A model generated the notes under the pieces. It had not been told where the DNA came from and did no database searches. It saw only the letters and a list, made by a program, of their open reading frames with translations. From the NCBI GenBank assembly GCA_944392615.1, contig CALXXF010000006.1, positions 4,204 through 68,203 on the forward strand: a stretch of 64,000 nucleotides of DNA. Reading direction: 5' to 3'. Positions 20,198 through 28,673 of the stretch are shown here, one piece after another. Origin of the DNA: an uncultured Clostridia bacterium. Lineage in GTDB: Bacteria; Bacillota; Clostridia; Oscillospirales; CAG-272. The number at the start of each line of letters is the position of its first letter. Within the stretch, counting starts at the first letter, position 1. The position numbers and the translations under genes are program-made.

Positions 20198-21427
20198 CTA
20201 AAAAGAAAAATGTTTCGGTATTCCGTTTTCGAATACCAGATCTATCTCTCCCAAAATGAGCGGCTTTATATATTCAAGGCATTCGTCAGTAACATTATTT
20301 CCCTCTTTTGTTATGAAGCCGGCAGGCACCTTTCTTATTCCGTTTGCAATATCCATCACCGGACTGGTCACAAAATCGACAGAATACGGAAGGTCGTGAC
20401 GTCTGTAGCATATCATTACGCCGCTTTCCTCGGCGGAGTGATAGACTGCTGCTCTCCCCACTCCGAAAGATTCTTCAATATCTGTTGCAGAAAGCATGTG
20501 AGCGGCGCAGCGCTGGGGCAGATTCAGTTCAACAGACCTGACCTTGCAGCCGAAATGTTCCTTGACAGCGAGTTCAAGGGATTTTGCCGTACCCTGAAGA
20601 TATCGATGGCCGAAGGCGTCGGAAACGCCGCTCTGCGCAGACTCTCCGACATACTTTCCGTCTGAGCCGCGTATTCCCTCTGAAACAGCTATAACGACAT
20701 TGGGATGTTTTTCAAACGCTTTTTCAATGTCATGAAAAAAACTCTCTGTGTCAAAAATTGCTTCCGGAAGATAAACGTAATCCGGCGCCGTGGATGAGAG
20801 TATTCTCGGAAGCGCTGCCGCGGCGGTGAGCCAACCTGCGTCGCGTCCCATTATTTCAACAATAGTAACCGCCTTGACTGTATATACTGCTGTATCGCGC
20901 AGTATCTCCTGCATTGTGGTTGCTATGTATTTTGCAGCGGAGCCATATCCGGGCGTATGGGATGTTCCGCATAAATCACAGTCTATTGTTTTTGGAACGC
21001 CTATGAAATGTACGTCACATATGCCCTTTTTCTCGGCGTATGACGAGAGCTTTGCAACAGTATCCATTGAATCGTTGCCGCCAATGTAAAAAAAGTAACC
21101 GATTTCTTTACTTTTGAAAAAATCAAATATTTTGCCGTAAACATCATCTGCATCATCCGAATCTGGCAAAGGCAGCTTTTTCCGGCATGAACCGAGTGCT
21201 GCGGCAGGAGTCTGTTTAAGAAGCATAAGCGCGTCTTTGTCGCTGAAAATCTGATTCAACGGCACGGTTCTGTCTTCAAGTATTCCCTGTATTCCGTTGA
21301 AAGCCCCGTATATCGTATCTATAAAACCGCATTCCATCGCTCCTGAAATCACTCCGGCAAGAGTTGCGTTTATTGCGGCAGTCGGGCCGCCTGATTGTCC
21401 TACCACTGCGTTTTTCGTCCTTTTCAT
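20198..21427 (-). CDS. pfp: phosphofructokinase-family enzyme, probably PPi-dependent
   Basis: GQSGGPTAAINA, GGNDSMDT and PKTIDCDL. The Asp after GG(D/N) and the Lys in PKTID are the residues classically associated with PPi rather than ATP use. Confidence 0.8.
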   Translation of the reverse strand: MKRTKNAVVGQSGGPTAAINATLAGVISGAMECGFIDTIYGAFNGIQGILEDRTVPLNQIFSDKDALMLLKQTPAAALGSCRKKLPLPDSDDADDVYGKIFDFFKSKEIGYFFYIGGNDSMDTVAKLSSYAEKKGICDVHFIGVPKTIDCDLCGTSHTPGYGSAAKYIATTMQEILRDTAVYTVKAVTIVEIMGRDAGWLTAAAALPRILSSTAPDYVYLPEAIFDTESFFHDIEKAFEKHPNVVIAVSEGIRGSDGKYVGESAQSGVSDAFGHRYLQGTAKSLELAVKEHFGCKVRSVELNLPQRCAAHMLSATDIEESFGVGRAAVYHSAEESGVMICYRRHDLPYSVDFVTSPVMDIANGIRKVPAGFITKEGNNVTDECLEYIKPLILGEIDLVFENGIPKHFSF

Positions 21428-21669
21428 CTTTGATTTCCCGTCCCTCTGATATTAAATTTTTTCTTTACTATCAATCTTGTGTGATTATATTTCCAACGGA
21501 TACAAAAAAACATCACCGCGAAGAAGCCGGACCGACAATGCACAATTCCGCACTGCTGTTAAACAGGCGCTCATACAGCGGAAATTTCTTTGATTCCGTC
21601 ATGGAAAGAGCTTTACCGGCATCCGCAAAAAGTATGCGCCGGAGATTAAAAACAAGCGGTTACTCAGAA

Positions 21670-22791
21670 CTATCTGAAACTGTAACCGTCGTTAAGCACT
21701 CCCGCCGAAAACAGATAAAGTACGACGGAGCCTTCACGCGGTTTAATGTATTTTCCGAGATTATCCGGTGAAATATATCTCGGGTCAATTAATATGATTT
21801 CAGAAAAATCACCTGCAAGAAGCGGAGCAAGACTGCTTGAAAATGAATCTCTGAACAGATAAAGTGTTTTACCGGATGTGCTGTCGGGATTTTGTATGCT
21901 TACAAGAGCCCTGCTGCCGCCGGAAAAAAGAGAATACATATCGTAAGTATCTGCCGCACCGTAATCATAAAGAGGTATTTTTTCGCCGGTAATCATATCG
22001 GTGACGATTACAGAATCCGTCACTTCATCTGACAACACAAGTAAATCATCGTCGTCGCATTTAAAAGCAGACTGACCCTTATAGACGCCTGAAAATTTTC
22101 CGATTTTCAATATCTGATATGACCTAATGGAATGTTCCACACCCATTGAAGAGACAAGCAACGCTGCCACATCTTCTATGCTTTGCTGTTTCCAGTGAAG
22201 GTCCGTACAGTAATAATCCCCTTCGTCAAGCAATACTGAAATATCTATGTATGTAGCTCCAAGTGAATTCATAAAAATTTCAGCCACGCTGTGGGTGTCG
22301 GTACACGGATAATCTGTAAATCTGCAAATATAATGTTCTTTATCAGGAATGACCGAGCAGAAAAAATCTGAACCATCAAAAAATGAAAAAGTCTTTGATA
22401 GCCTTTCCGCAGCATATCTTACACTCTCTTCGTCAGTCATGTATGTTACGGTGTAAATTGCGTCGTCGTACATATAATAGCCGTTGCTGTCAAGCATGAA
22501 AAGAGGATATACAGTAAATGATGCCTTAATGGAACGTAAAAATTCCCTTCCGGCTATTCTGTCCCTGAAATAACTTTCTGTAAGGTCAAAAAAATCCCCG
22601 TCGTAAAGAGAAGAAGCTGAAATATCAGGAAAATCGGCAAGATATCGCCTTTCGCTCTCAGATATGTCCTTCTCAGGAAGAACAATGTATGCTACCGCGA
22701 AAAATAACATCATCGCCGAAACGAGCGCTACAAGAAGTATGTTGCACAGCAATTTAGCTTTGCGCTCAAAAGCGCTTTTCTTTTCTGACAT
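21670..22791 (-). CDS. AlgX/AlgJ-like (DHHW-family-like) membrane-anchored partner of the MBOAT acyltransferase
   Basis: N-terminal TM helix and a TDLHWK motif. The start is set at the ATG at 22791 (GAGGTG 9 nt upstream) rather than the tracked 22827. Confidence 0.6.
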   Translation of the reverse strand: MSEKKSAFERKAKLLCNILLVALVSAMMLFFAVAYIVLPEKDISESERRYLADFPDISASSLYDGDFFDLTESYFRDRIAGREFLRSIKASFTVYPLFMLDSNGYYMYDDAIYTVTYMTDEESVRYAAERLSKTFSFFDGSDFFCSVIPDKEHYICRFTDYPCTDTHSVAEIFMNSLGATYIDISVLLDEGDYYCTDLHWKQQSIEDVAALLVSSMGVEHSIRSYQILKIGKFSGVYKGQSAFKCDDDDLLVLSDEVTDSVIVTDMITGEKIPLYDYGAADTYDMYSLFSGGSRALVSIQNPDSTSGKTLYLFRDSFSSSLAPLLAGDFSEIILIDPRYISPDNLGKYIKPREGSVVLYLFSAGVLNDGYSFR

Positions 22792-22823
22792 TGACTGCAC
22801 CACCTCAGTGAATAAAATCGGAA

Positions 22824-24302
22824 TCAAAATCCGAAATAGATAAAAGGATTGAAGCTGCCGTCAGCTATAAATGCAGTACAGAGCACAAGCAATAATAAAG
22901 CGGCGACAGGTCTGACAACGTAAAGCGCTGTATCTGCTTTGCGGGAGAATGACGGGAACGCCGAGAAAAAAATTCTCCTGACTGTCTTTATGACAGGAAA
23001 TGCAAACAAAACACTTATCAAAAAAACAAAGGCGTAGCTTCTGAGAAGATATAAAGAATTTTGCGATACTACCGAGGATGAGAAAAACATACCCGAGAGT
23101 CTTTCCGAAATTTCCGAAAGATCCTCACATGAAAAAATAATAAATCCGAAGAAAACGAAAATAAGAGTGATGATATGTGGAATAATCGGCGGAAGCCTCC
23201 GGTAAAAGCGGGACGGAATAAGCTTTTCCGAGATAATTATAACGGCGTTAAAGGCGCCCCATAACAAAAACACAACTTTTGCTCCGTGCCAAAGGGATGT
23301 TGCCACCCACACAGCAGCTATAGAAACAATCATTCGCCATTTTCCTTTTTTACTGCCGCCCAAAGGTATGTATATGTAGTCTCTAAGCCACCTGCCGAGC
23401 GTCATATGCCACCTCCTCCAGAAAGCGGATAGACTGGGGGAGGCATACGGGTAATCGAAATTTTCAGGAAAATTGAACCCAAGTACCCTTCCGAGACCTA
23501 TTGCCATGTTGGAATATCCGTCGAAATCGAAATATATTCTGAAGAAAAAAGACAGTGACAAGAGCCAGAATGACAGCGAATCAGACGGGTTTGAGGAATT
23601 TATCGTGACAAACAATTCATTCAGCGTATCAGCTAATATCACTTTCTCGGAAAGCCCGTATATAAAACGGAAAAGTCCGTCTGCGATATTGTTTATTTCA
23701 CTTCTGCGGGAATGAAGCTCTTCGCGTACTTCACTGTATCTCAGTATCGGGCCTGAACCCACACAGGCAAAATCCGACGAATATGCAAAAAAAGAAATAA
23801 TATTTTTTTCAGGCATAGTTTTTCCGCTGTAAACATCTGCAAGATACGCCGCCGCCTGAAGAGTGAAAAATCCAACTCCGAGCGGCACGGGTAAGGTCGT
23901 CAGTGAAAACGCATCAGAAAACGCATCAGAAACGCCGAATTTGAAAAATATAAATACGGCACTTATAAACAGAAGGCCAATAAAAAGAAAAAGACCCTTT
24001 TTAATGCGCTGATGCCGGTCGCAGGATGACTGAGAGGAGTATTTTCCGATACCCAGAGCGCAAAAAAAGGAAACAAAAAGACATGACAAAAGCGCAATGA
24101 GCGCAGTCCCGGAAGCTGCAAAGAAGAAAAAAAGAGAGGTTATAAGAAGTACCGTGTTTTTCAGCTTTCCCGGAGCCAGAAGGCAGAGTACAAGAGAAAT
24201 CGGAAGAAAGCCGTATATAAAAACGAGCGAATTAAAAGCCATATGTTCCCGCCGGCGAACACTGCCTGTCCTTTCTTTTAGCTTCCGGACAAACACGGAC
24301 AT
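22824..24302 (-). CDS. MBOAT-family O-acyltransferase (AlgI/DltB-like)
   Basis: Multi-TM protein with FWRRWHMTLGRWLRDYIYIPLGGSKKG...SLWHG. The homology-consistent start (MAFNSLVF) is at 24242. Confidence 0.85.
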   Translation of the reverse strand: MSVFVRKLKERTGSVRRREHMAFNSLVFIYGFLPISLVLCLLAPGKLKNTVLLITSLFFFFAASGTALIALLSCLFVSFFCALGIGKYSSQSSCDRHQRIKKGLFLFIGLLFISAVFIFFKFGVSDAFSDAFSLTTLPVPLGVGFFTLQAAAYLADVYSGKTMPEKNIISFFAYSSDFACVGSGPILRYSEVREELHSRRSEINNIADGLFRFIYGLSEKVILADTLNELFVTINSSNPSDSLSFWLLSLSFFFRIYFDFDGYSNMAIGLGRVLGFNFPENFDYPYASPSLSAFWRRWHMTLGRWLRDYIYIPLGGSKKGKWRMIVSIAAVWVATSLWHGAKVVFLLWGAFNAVIIISEKLIPSRFYRRLPPIIPHIITLIFVFFGFIIFSCEDLSEISERLSGMFFSSSVVSQNSLYLLRSYAFVFLISVLFAFPVIKTVRRIFFSAFPSFSRKADTALYVVRPVAALLLLVLCTAFIADGSFNPFIYFGF

Positions 24303-24379
24303 GCTACGGTGATATTATACAATAAATGTACTTATACGTCAAGTAATACCGGGTAATTTGTCGTAAACGCATGCATTTA

Positions 24380-24408
24380 TTGACAAAACAGGTCATGTGA
24401 ATTATAAT
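24380..24408 (+). promoter_or_regulatory. orphan consensus sigma-A promoter with no ORF downstream
   Basis: TTGACA (24380-24385), 17 nt, TATAAT (24403-24408) on the plus strand. The complement of the -10 also reads TATAAT and could serve the MBOAT operon on the minus strand, with a poor -35 (TACACA). Confidence 0.5.
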
Positions 24409-24526
24409 CTGTATATGTATGCATGTGTATCCCTGCCCTCACGCAAAACCTCTGCGCGTATAGCTTGCAGGTGATGTCTGTTAGGTTGAAGTTGTCAAAA
24501 CACCATAGTCCTTAAAATATAACATA

Positions 24527-24580
24527 CAGACAAAAACAAAAGCAGGGTCACCCTCTGTTGCCAGGTAAAGGTGACCCTGC
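24527..24580 (-). terminator. rho-independent terminator of the GH130 gene
   Basis: 11-bp stem GCAGGGTCACC / GGTGACCCTGC. On the minus strand it is followed by TTTTGTTTTTGT. Confidence 0.8.
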
Positions 24581-24624
24581 GTATCATAAAATAAAGCCAC
24601 AACTGAAAAACTGTCTGACTGAAC

Positions 24625-25611
24625 TCACAGACTGTGGGCTTTTATAAATGAGCACAAACGCTCCGCTGTCGTAAAAGCAAGCGAAGTGACTGTATCGGCG
24701 CACCCGTAATAAATCGCTATCCTGCCGGTGTCTGCATCGGTAAGCGCTGCGCACGGGAACGTGACATTCGGCACATCTCCGTTTTGTTCATAGCTCATCT
24801 CAGGCCCCATTATGTAATACCGGCTCCTGAAGAGGACCTTTTCGGGCATGTCTGTATCAAGCAGAGCGGCGCCCATGCGGTACACGAAGCCGTTGCAGGT
24901 ATTTATGACGCCGTGATATATGAGCAGCCATCCTTCATCAGTCTCAATCGGTACGGGGCCAGCTCCTATTTTTGTACACTGCCACCCGCTCTTTTCAAAT
25001 GCTGCCGGGCTCATAACATGTCTGTGCCTTCCCCAATATGTAAGGTCTGGACTTTCGCTGAGGAAAATATCGCCGAACGGAGTGTGACCGTTATCACTGG
25101 GTCTGGAAAGCATCATATACTTTCCGTTTATCTTTCTCGGAAAAAGCACGCCGTTTCTGTTGAACGGAAGAAATGCGTTTTCAAGCTGATGGAATGTAAC
25201 GAAATCGGTTGTATATCCTACGCCGATTGTCGGACCATGGTATCCATTGCACCAGGTTATGTAATACCTGTCATCAATTTTTGTCACCCTCGGATCGTAC
25301 CTGTATTCTGTGACGGTAACCTCCATATCTCCTTCAAAGGATATCGGAAAATCGTTTATTTTCCAGTCAATTCCGTTATCTGAAAAACCTGCGTATAGAT
25401 TCATGGTGATCGCTCTGTCGTCACATCGGAATATTCCCGCAAAGCCCTTTCCGAATGGCACTACGGCGCTGTTGAAAATACTGTTTGAGACAGACGTCCC
25501 GTGCCTTCCGATTATCGGATTTTCAGAATATCTCCAAAGCGGTTCAGAACATCCTGACGGCATATCCTGCCATGGAATATTCGGAAGAGAATCAGCTATT
25601 ATTTTAGTCAT
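24625..25611 (-). CDS. GH130-family beta-mannoside phosphorylase/glycosidase (cytoplasmic)
   Basis: 328 aa with no signal peptide. [13 protein letters not shown]...NSAVVPF...FRCDD...YDPRV...YYGCADT matches the five-bladed propeller GH130 pattern. Confidence 0.8.
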   Translation of the reverse strand: MTKIIADSLPNIPWQDMPSGCSEPLWRYSENPIIGRHGTSVSNSIFNSAVVPFGKGFAGIFRCDDRAITMNLYAGFSDNGIDWKINDFPISFEGDMEVTVTEYRYDPRVTKIDDRYYITWCNGYHGPTIGVGYTTDFVTFHQLENAFLPFNRNGVLFPRKINGKYMMLSRPSDNGHTPFGDIFLSESPDLTYWGRHRHVMSPAAFEKSGWQCTKIGAGPVPIETDEGWLLIYHGVINTCNGFVYRMGAALLDTDMPEKVLFRSRYYIMGPEMSYEQNGDVPNVTFPCAALTDADTGRIAIYYGCADTVTSLAFTTAERLCSFIKAHSL

Positions 25612-25801
25612 CTAAAATCACCCTTTCATTGTATCGACAGCTGCCTTTGTGAAGACGGACGCGTCAGGTCATCGGTAGCTTACGGATAAATCCATGGACA
25701 GACGCGGAGTTGAGGCATAAAGAATGCCACATGAAGAAAAATGAATTCAAAGAAAAAAATAAACCGAGCCGCCTGACGCGGAAACATGGGAGGAAAAGTA
25801 A

Positions 25802-26818
25802 ATGATAAAAGCCGGATATGTGTACGGTAATGAACTCAAAATGACGAGCGATGATGACGCAAGGAAACTTGATGTCATAAACATCGCCTTTGCACATTGC
25901 AGGGATTCCGTATTCTTTTTCGAAAACACCGGGTGTCTTGAAGAAATACCGAGATTAAAACGGGCAAACCCCGCCATTAAAATACTGATATCGGTCGGTG
26001 GCTGGGGCTCTGGCGGCTTTTCCACAATGTCTTGTGAAGCATCCTCACGTAAAAAATTTGCCCAAAGCTGCCTTGAGGCTGTCAGAAGACATTCTCTTGA
26101 CGGGATAGACATAGATTGGGAATATCCGTGTCTCGACTGGGCCGGGATAGATGCATCGCCGGATGACCGTGAAAATTACACACTGATGCTGAAGGAACTG
26201 CGTGACACTCTGTCGTCATACGACGAGAGACTGATGCTGACCGCGGCGGTGGGCTGTGACGAGTATTTCATAAACAACAGCGAAATGGACAAGGTCGCAA
26301 ATATACTCGATTACGTTTCCCTGATGACATACGATATGCGCGGCTGCTCAGACACAGTCACAGGGCATCACACGAATCTCTTTTCCCCCGCTGAAAGCAG
26401 CAAAAGAGGGCGCCGTAGCGTTGAGTATTCCGTGGGACTTTACAATTCCGCCGGGGTACCTCTCAACAAGATCGTTATTGGCATTGCACTCTACTCACGC
26501 ATGTGGAAGAACGTAAGGAATGAAAGCGGGAAAAACGGATTGAACTGCGCAGCAGACCCTGGCAACTATGGTCCATCTTTCGGAGAGATAAAGAAAAAAT
26601 ATCTAAAAAGCGCGGAATACACGCGGTATTGGGACGATGTTTGCCATGCTCCGTACATATACGGAAACGACTGCTTTATATCGTACGACGATGAACAGTC
26701 GGTAGCGGATAAATGCAAATATTGCTCAGAACACGGTCTTGCCGGAGTCATGTACTGGGAACACAGCTGTGATGACGAAAGGACTCTGCTCAGTACGATA
26801 TACCGTTTTCTCAAATGA
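25802..26818 (+). CDS. GH18-family chitinase / endo-beta-N-acetylglucosaminidase-like enzyme (cytoplasmic)
   Basis: DGIDIDWEYP catalytic signature, SVGGWG and MTYDM motifs. There is no signal peptide. RBS GGGAGGAAAAG. Confidence 0.85.
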   Translation: MIKAGYVYGNELKMTSDDDARKLDVINIAFAHCRDSVFFFENTGCLEEIPRLKRANPAIKILISVGGWGSGGFSTMSCEASSRKKFAQSCLEAVRRHSLDGIDIDWEYPCLDWAGIDASPDDRENYTLMLKELRDTLSSYDERLMLTAAVGCDEYFINNSEMDKVANILDYVSLMTYDMRGCSDTVTGHHTNLFSPAESSKRGRRSVEYSVGLYNSAGVPLNKIVIGIALYSRMWKNVRNESGKNGLNCAADPGNYGPSFGEIKKKYLKSAEYTRYWDDVCHAPYIYGNDCFISYDDEQSVADKCKYCSEHGLAGVMYWEHSCDDERTLLSTIYRFLK

Positions 26819-26953
26819 CACGCTTTTTAAGGAAATACTGTGCATTCTGATAAAATAAAAAACAGTCACGGTATTTTAAAAGGTGCATTTTCCTGAAACA
26901 TGTCCGGTGGAGAATCTGTGAGCATAACGCGCAGAATCTCGTAATACACAGGA

Positions 26954-27484
26954 TTACAAAAGAAGATCATAGGCAACCCTTCTCTTGGGGTTGCCGCTTT
27001 TTTTATCATAGTACACTATGCCGCAGCGCTGAAAGCCGCATTTCATGAGAAGGGAACGCATCGGTCGATTGTCCTCATGAGTGTCGCAGCGCAGCGAAAC
27101 GGAAAGGTCGATATATGCGAGTTTTTTTGCATACTCAAACATTTTCTTGCCGAAACCAAGCCCGCGGAATTCAGCATCGACCGCCACTCTGTGAACGAAT
27201 GAATATTTCCCGGTTTCTCTGAAAGAGCCCTCAGTTATCTCTTCATACGCCTCTTCCCTTCCTGAGTAAAAAGCAAAGTAGCCGAGAACAGCGCCGTCCT
27301 TTAAAAGCACATACGCGGCGTCGGCGCCGATATCGTTTTCGATATCTGAGACGAAGGGATAGCCGTCCTGCCACTGGTCTATTCCCAATTCCTTCATGGA
27401 TGCACGCGCTCTTGCAAAAAGCCTCACTATAGCCGCCATATCATCTGAACAGGCGCTTCTTATTCTTATATCAGAAAGCAACAT
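26954..27484 (-). CDS. GNAT-family N-acetyltransferase
   Basis: 176 aa; HRVAVDAEFRGLGFGKKMFEYA is the acetyl-CoA binding motif A. Confidence 0.75.
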   Translation of the reverse strand: MLLSDIRIRSACSDDMAAIVRLFARARASMKELGIDQWQDGYPFVSDIENDIGADAAYVLLKDGAVLGYFAFYSGREEAYEEITEGSFRETGKYSFVHRVAVDAEFRGLGFGKKMFEYAKKLAYIDLSVSLRCDTHEDNRPMRSLLMKCGFQRCGIVYYDKKSGNPKRRVAYDLLL

Positions 27485-28451
27485 AAGTTTTCTCCCCTGT
27501 TTTTGCCGCTTTGTAGGAAGCGTAAGTAAGCGCGGTAAGTGAATATGCGTCGTCTATGGTTATACCCTGCGGCACTCCTGTCTTTCCGTTACACCAATCT
27601 ATCCATTTGTTTATCGGGAGCTTTTCAGGCTCAGGCAGCGTGTTCACCTGAACAAGTCTCCCGGAAGTGGCACTTGTTGCTTCGAAAACGGCGTCTCCGC
27701 GTACTGCAAGATATCCGTCGGTACCGCTTATTTCAAGCGTATAAGGGTTAAACGCCGATACAAATCCCGTTTCTGATACCCCTGTAGCCCCGTTTTCAAA
27801 TTCAATAATCGACACTGCATTATCTTCAACTCCCCTGTGCGTAATATCCGTAAACAGGGACTGAACAAAAACAGGTCTTCCGAGTAGCATGAGAAGCGTA
27901 TACATCGGATGAGCACCGAGGTCTATCATTGCACCGCCGCCGCACAGAGATTCGTCGTAAAAATACTCAGGGAGCCAGCCGGCAGTACTGCCGTTATGTA
28001 CGTTTCTCACCCTTGCATAAGTTATCCTGCCGAGCGCCCCGTTCTTTACGGCGTCGGCAGCATATATAAGACATGGACGCGATTTGTGCGGAAAAGAAAT
28101 TACAAATTTTATCCTTTCCTTTTCAACTGCCTGTTTTATTGCAAGCGCGTCGGAAAGGCGCACTGCGAGCGCCTTTTCGGTAAAAATATGCTTTCCGTTT
28201 CTCGCGGCACTGAGCATGAGTCGCGGGTGCAACGAAGTCTGTGACGCTATCACAACTCCGTCAATATCCTCTTTTGAAAGCATCTTTTCGAAATCCGAAT
28301 ATGAATTACAGGAGAAATTTTTTCCCCACTCGTCAGCTCTTTTCTGATCGTCATCCCAAACCGCCTTTATTTCGGCGTCCGGATTTTTGAATACCGCGTC
28401 GGCATATTCGTCAGCATGAACATGCCATCTTCCGGCAAGTGCGACTTTCAT
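27471..28451 (-). CDS. Gfo/Idh/MocA-family NAD(P)-dependent oxidoreductase
   Basis: MKVALAGRWHVHADEY...EKAL pattern. The start is moved to the ATG at 28451 (AGAGAGGA upstream). The 3' end overlaps the GNAT start by 14 nt. Confidence 0.8.
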   Translation of the reverse strand: MKVALAGRWHVHADEYADAVFKNPDAEIKAVWDDDQKRADEWGKNFSCNSYSDFEKMLSKEDIDGVVIASQTSLHPRLMLSAARNGKHIFTEKALAVRLSDALAIKQAVEKERIKFVISFPHKSRPCLIYAADAVKNGALGRITYARVRNVHNGSTAGWLPEYFYDESLCGGGAMIDLGAHPMYTLLMLLGRPVFVQSLFTDITHRGVEDNAVSIIEFENGATGVSETGFVSAFNPYTLEISGTDGYLAVRGDAVFEATSATSGRLVQVNTLPEPEKLPINKWIDWCNGKTGVPQGITIDDAYSLTALTYASYKAAKTGEKTYVAF

Positions 28452-28590
28452 GATCGTCCTCTCTTTCCGCCACAGGGCTTGATTATATGTCACAATAAGT
28501 ATACAGTAAAACGCCGTCAAAATCAATATCCTTGCGAGAATATAAATACGGTTCTTTCAGAATTCATAAGCTTTTTGTGTAGTCATCTGC

Positions 28591-28635
28591 AAAAAAAAGC
28601 GCGTACATTTCCCTGACAGAAGGAAAGGTACGCGC
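28591..28635 (-). terminator. rho-independent terminator of the 920-aa gene
   Basis: 14-bp stem GCGCGTACATTTCC / GGAAAGGTACGCGC (one mismatch). An A8 run on the plus strand gives a U8 tail on the minus strand. Confidence 0.8.
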
Positions 28636-28673
28636 ATGCACTCGACACAAAATATTGCGGTAAAATTTACTGC

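Noticed and set aside
25660-25780. 9-bp inverted repeat CGCGTCAGG / CCTGACGCG, 100 nt apart, in the GH130/GH18 divergent spacer.
   Set aside because: It is a single short long-range pairing with no supporting promoter or terminator context. That is insufficient to call a leader structure.
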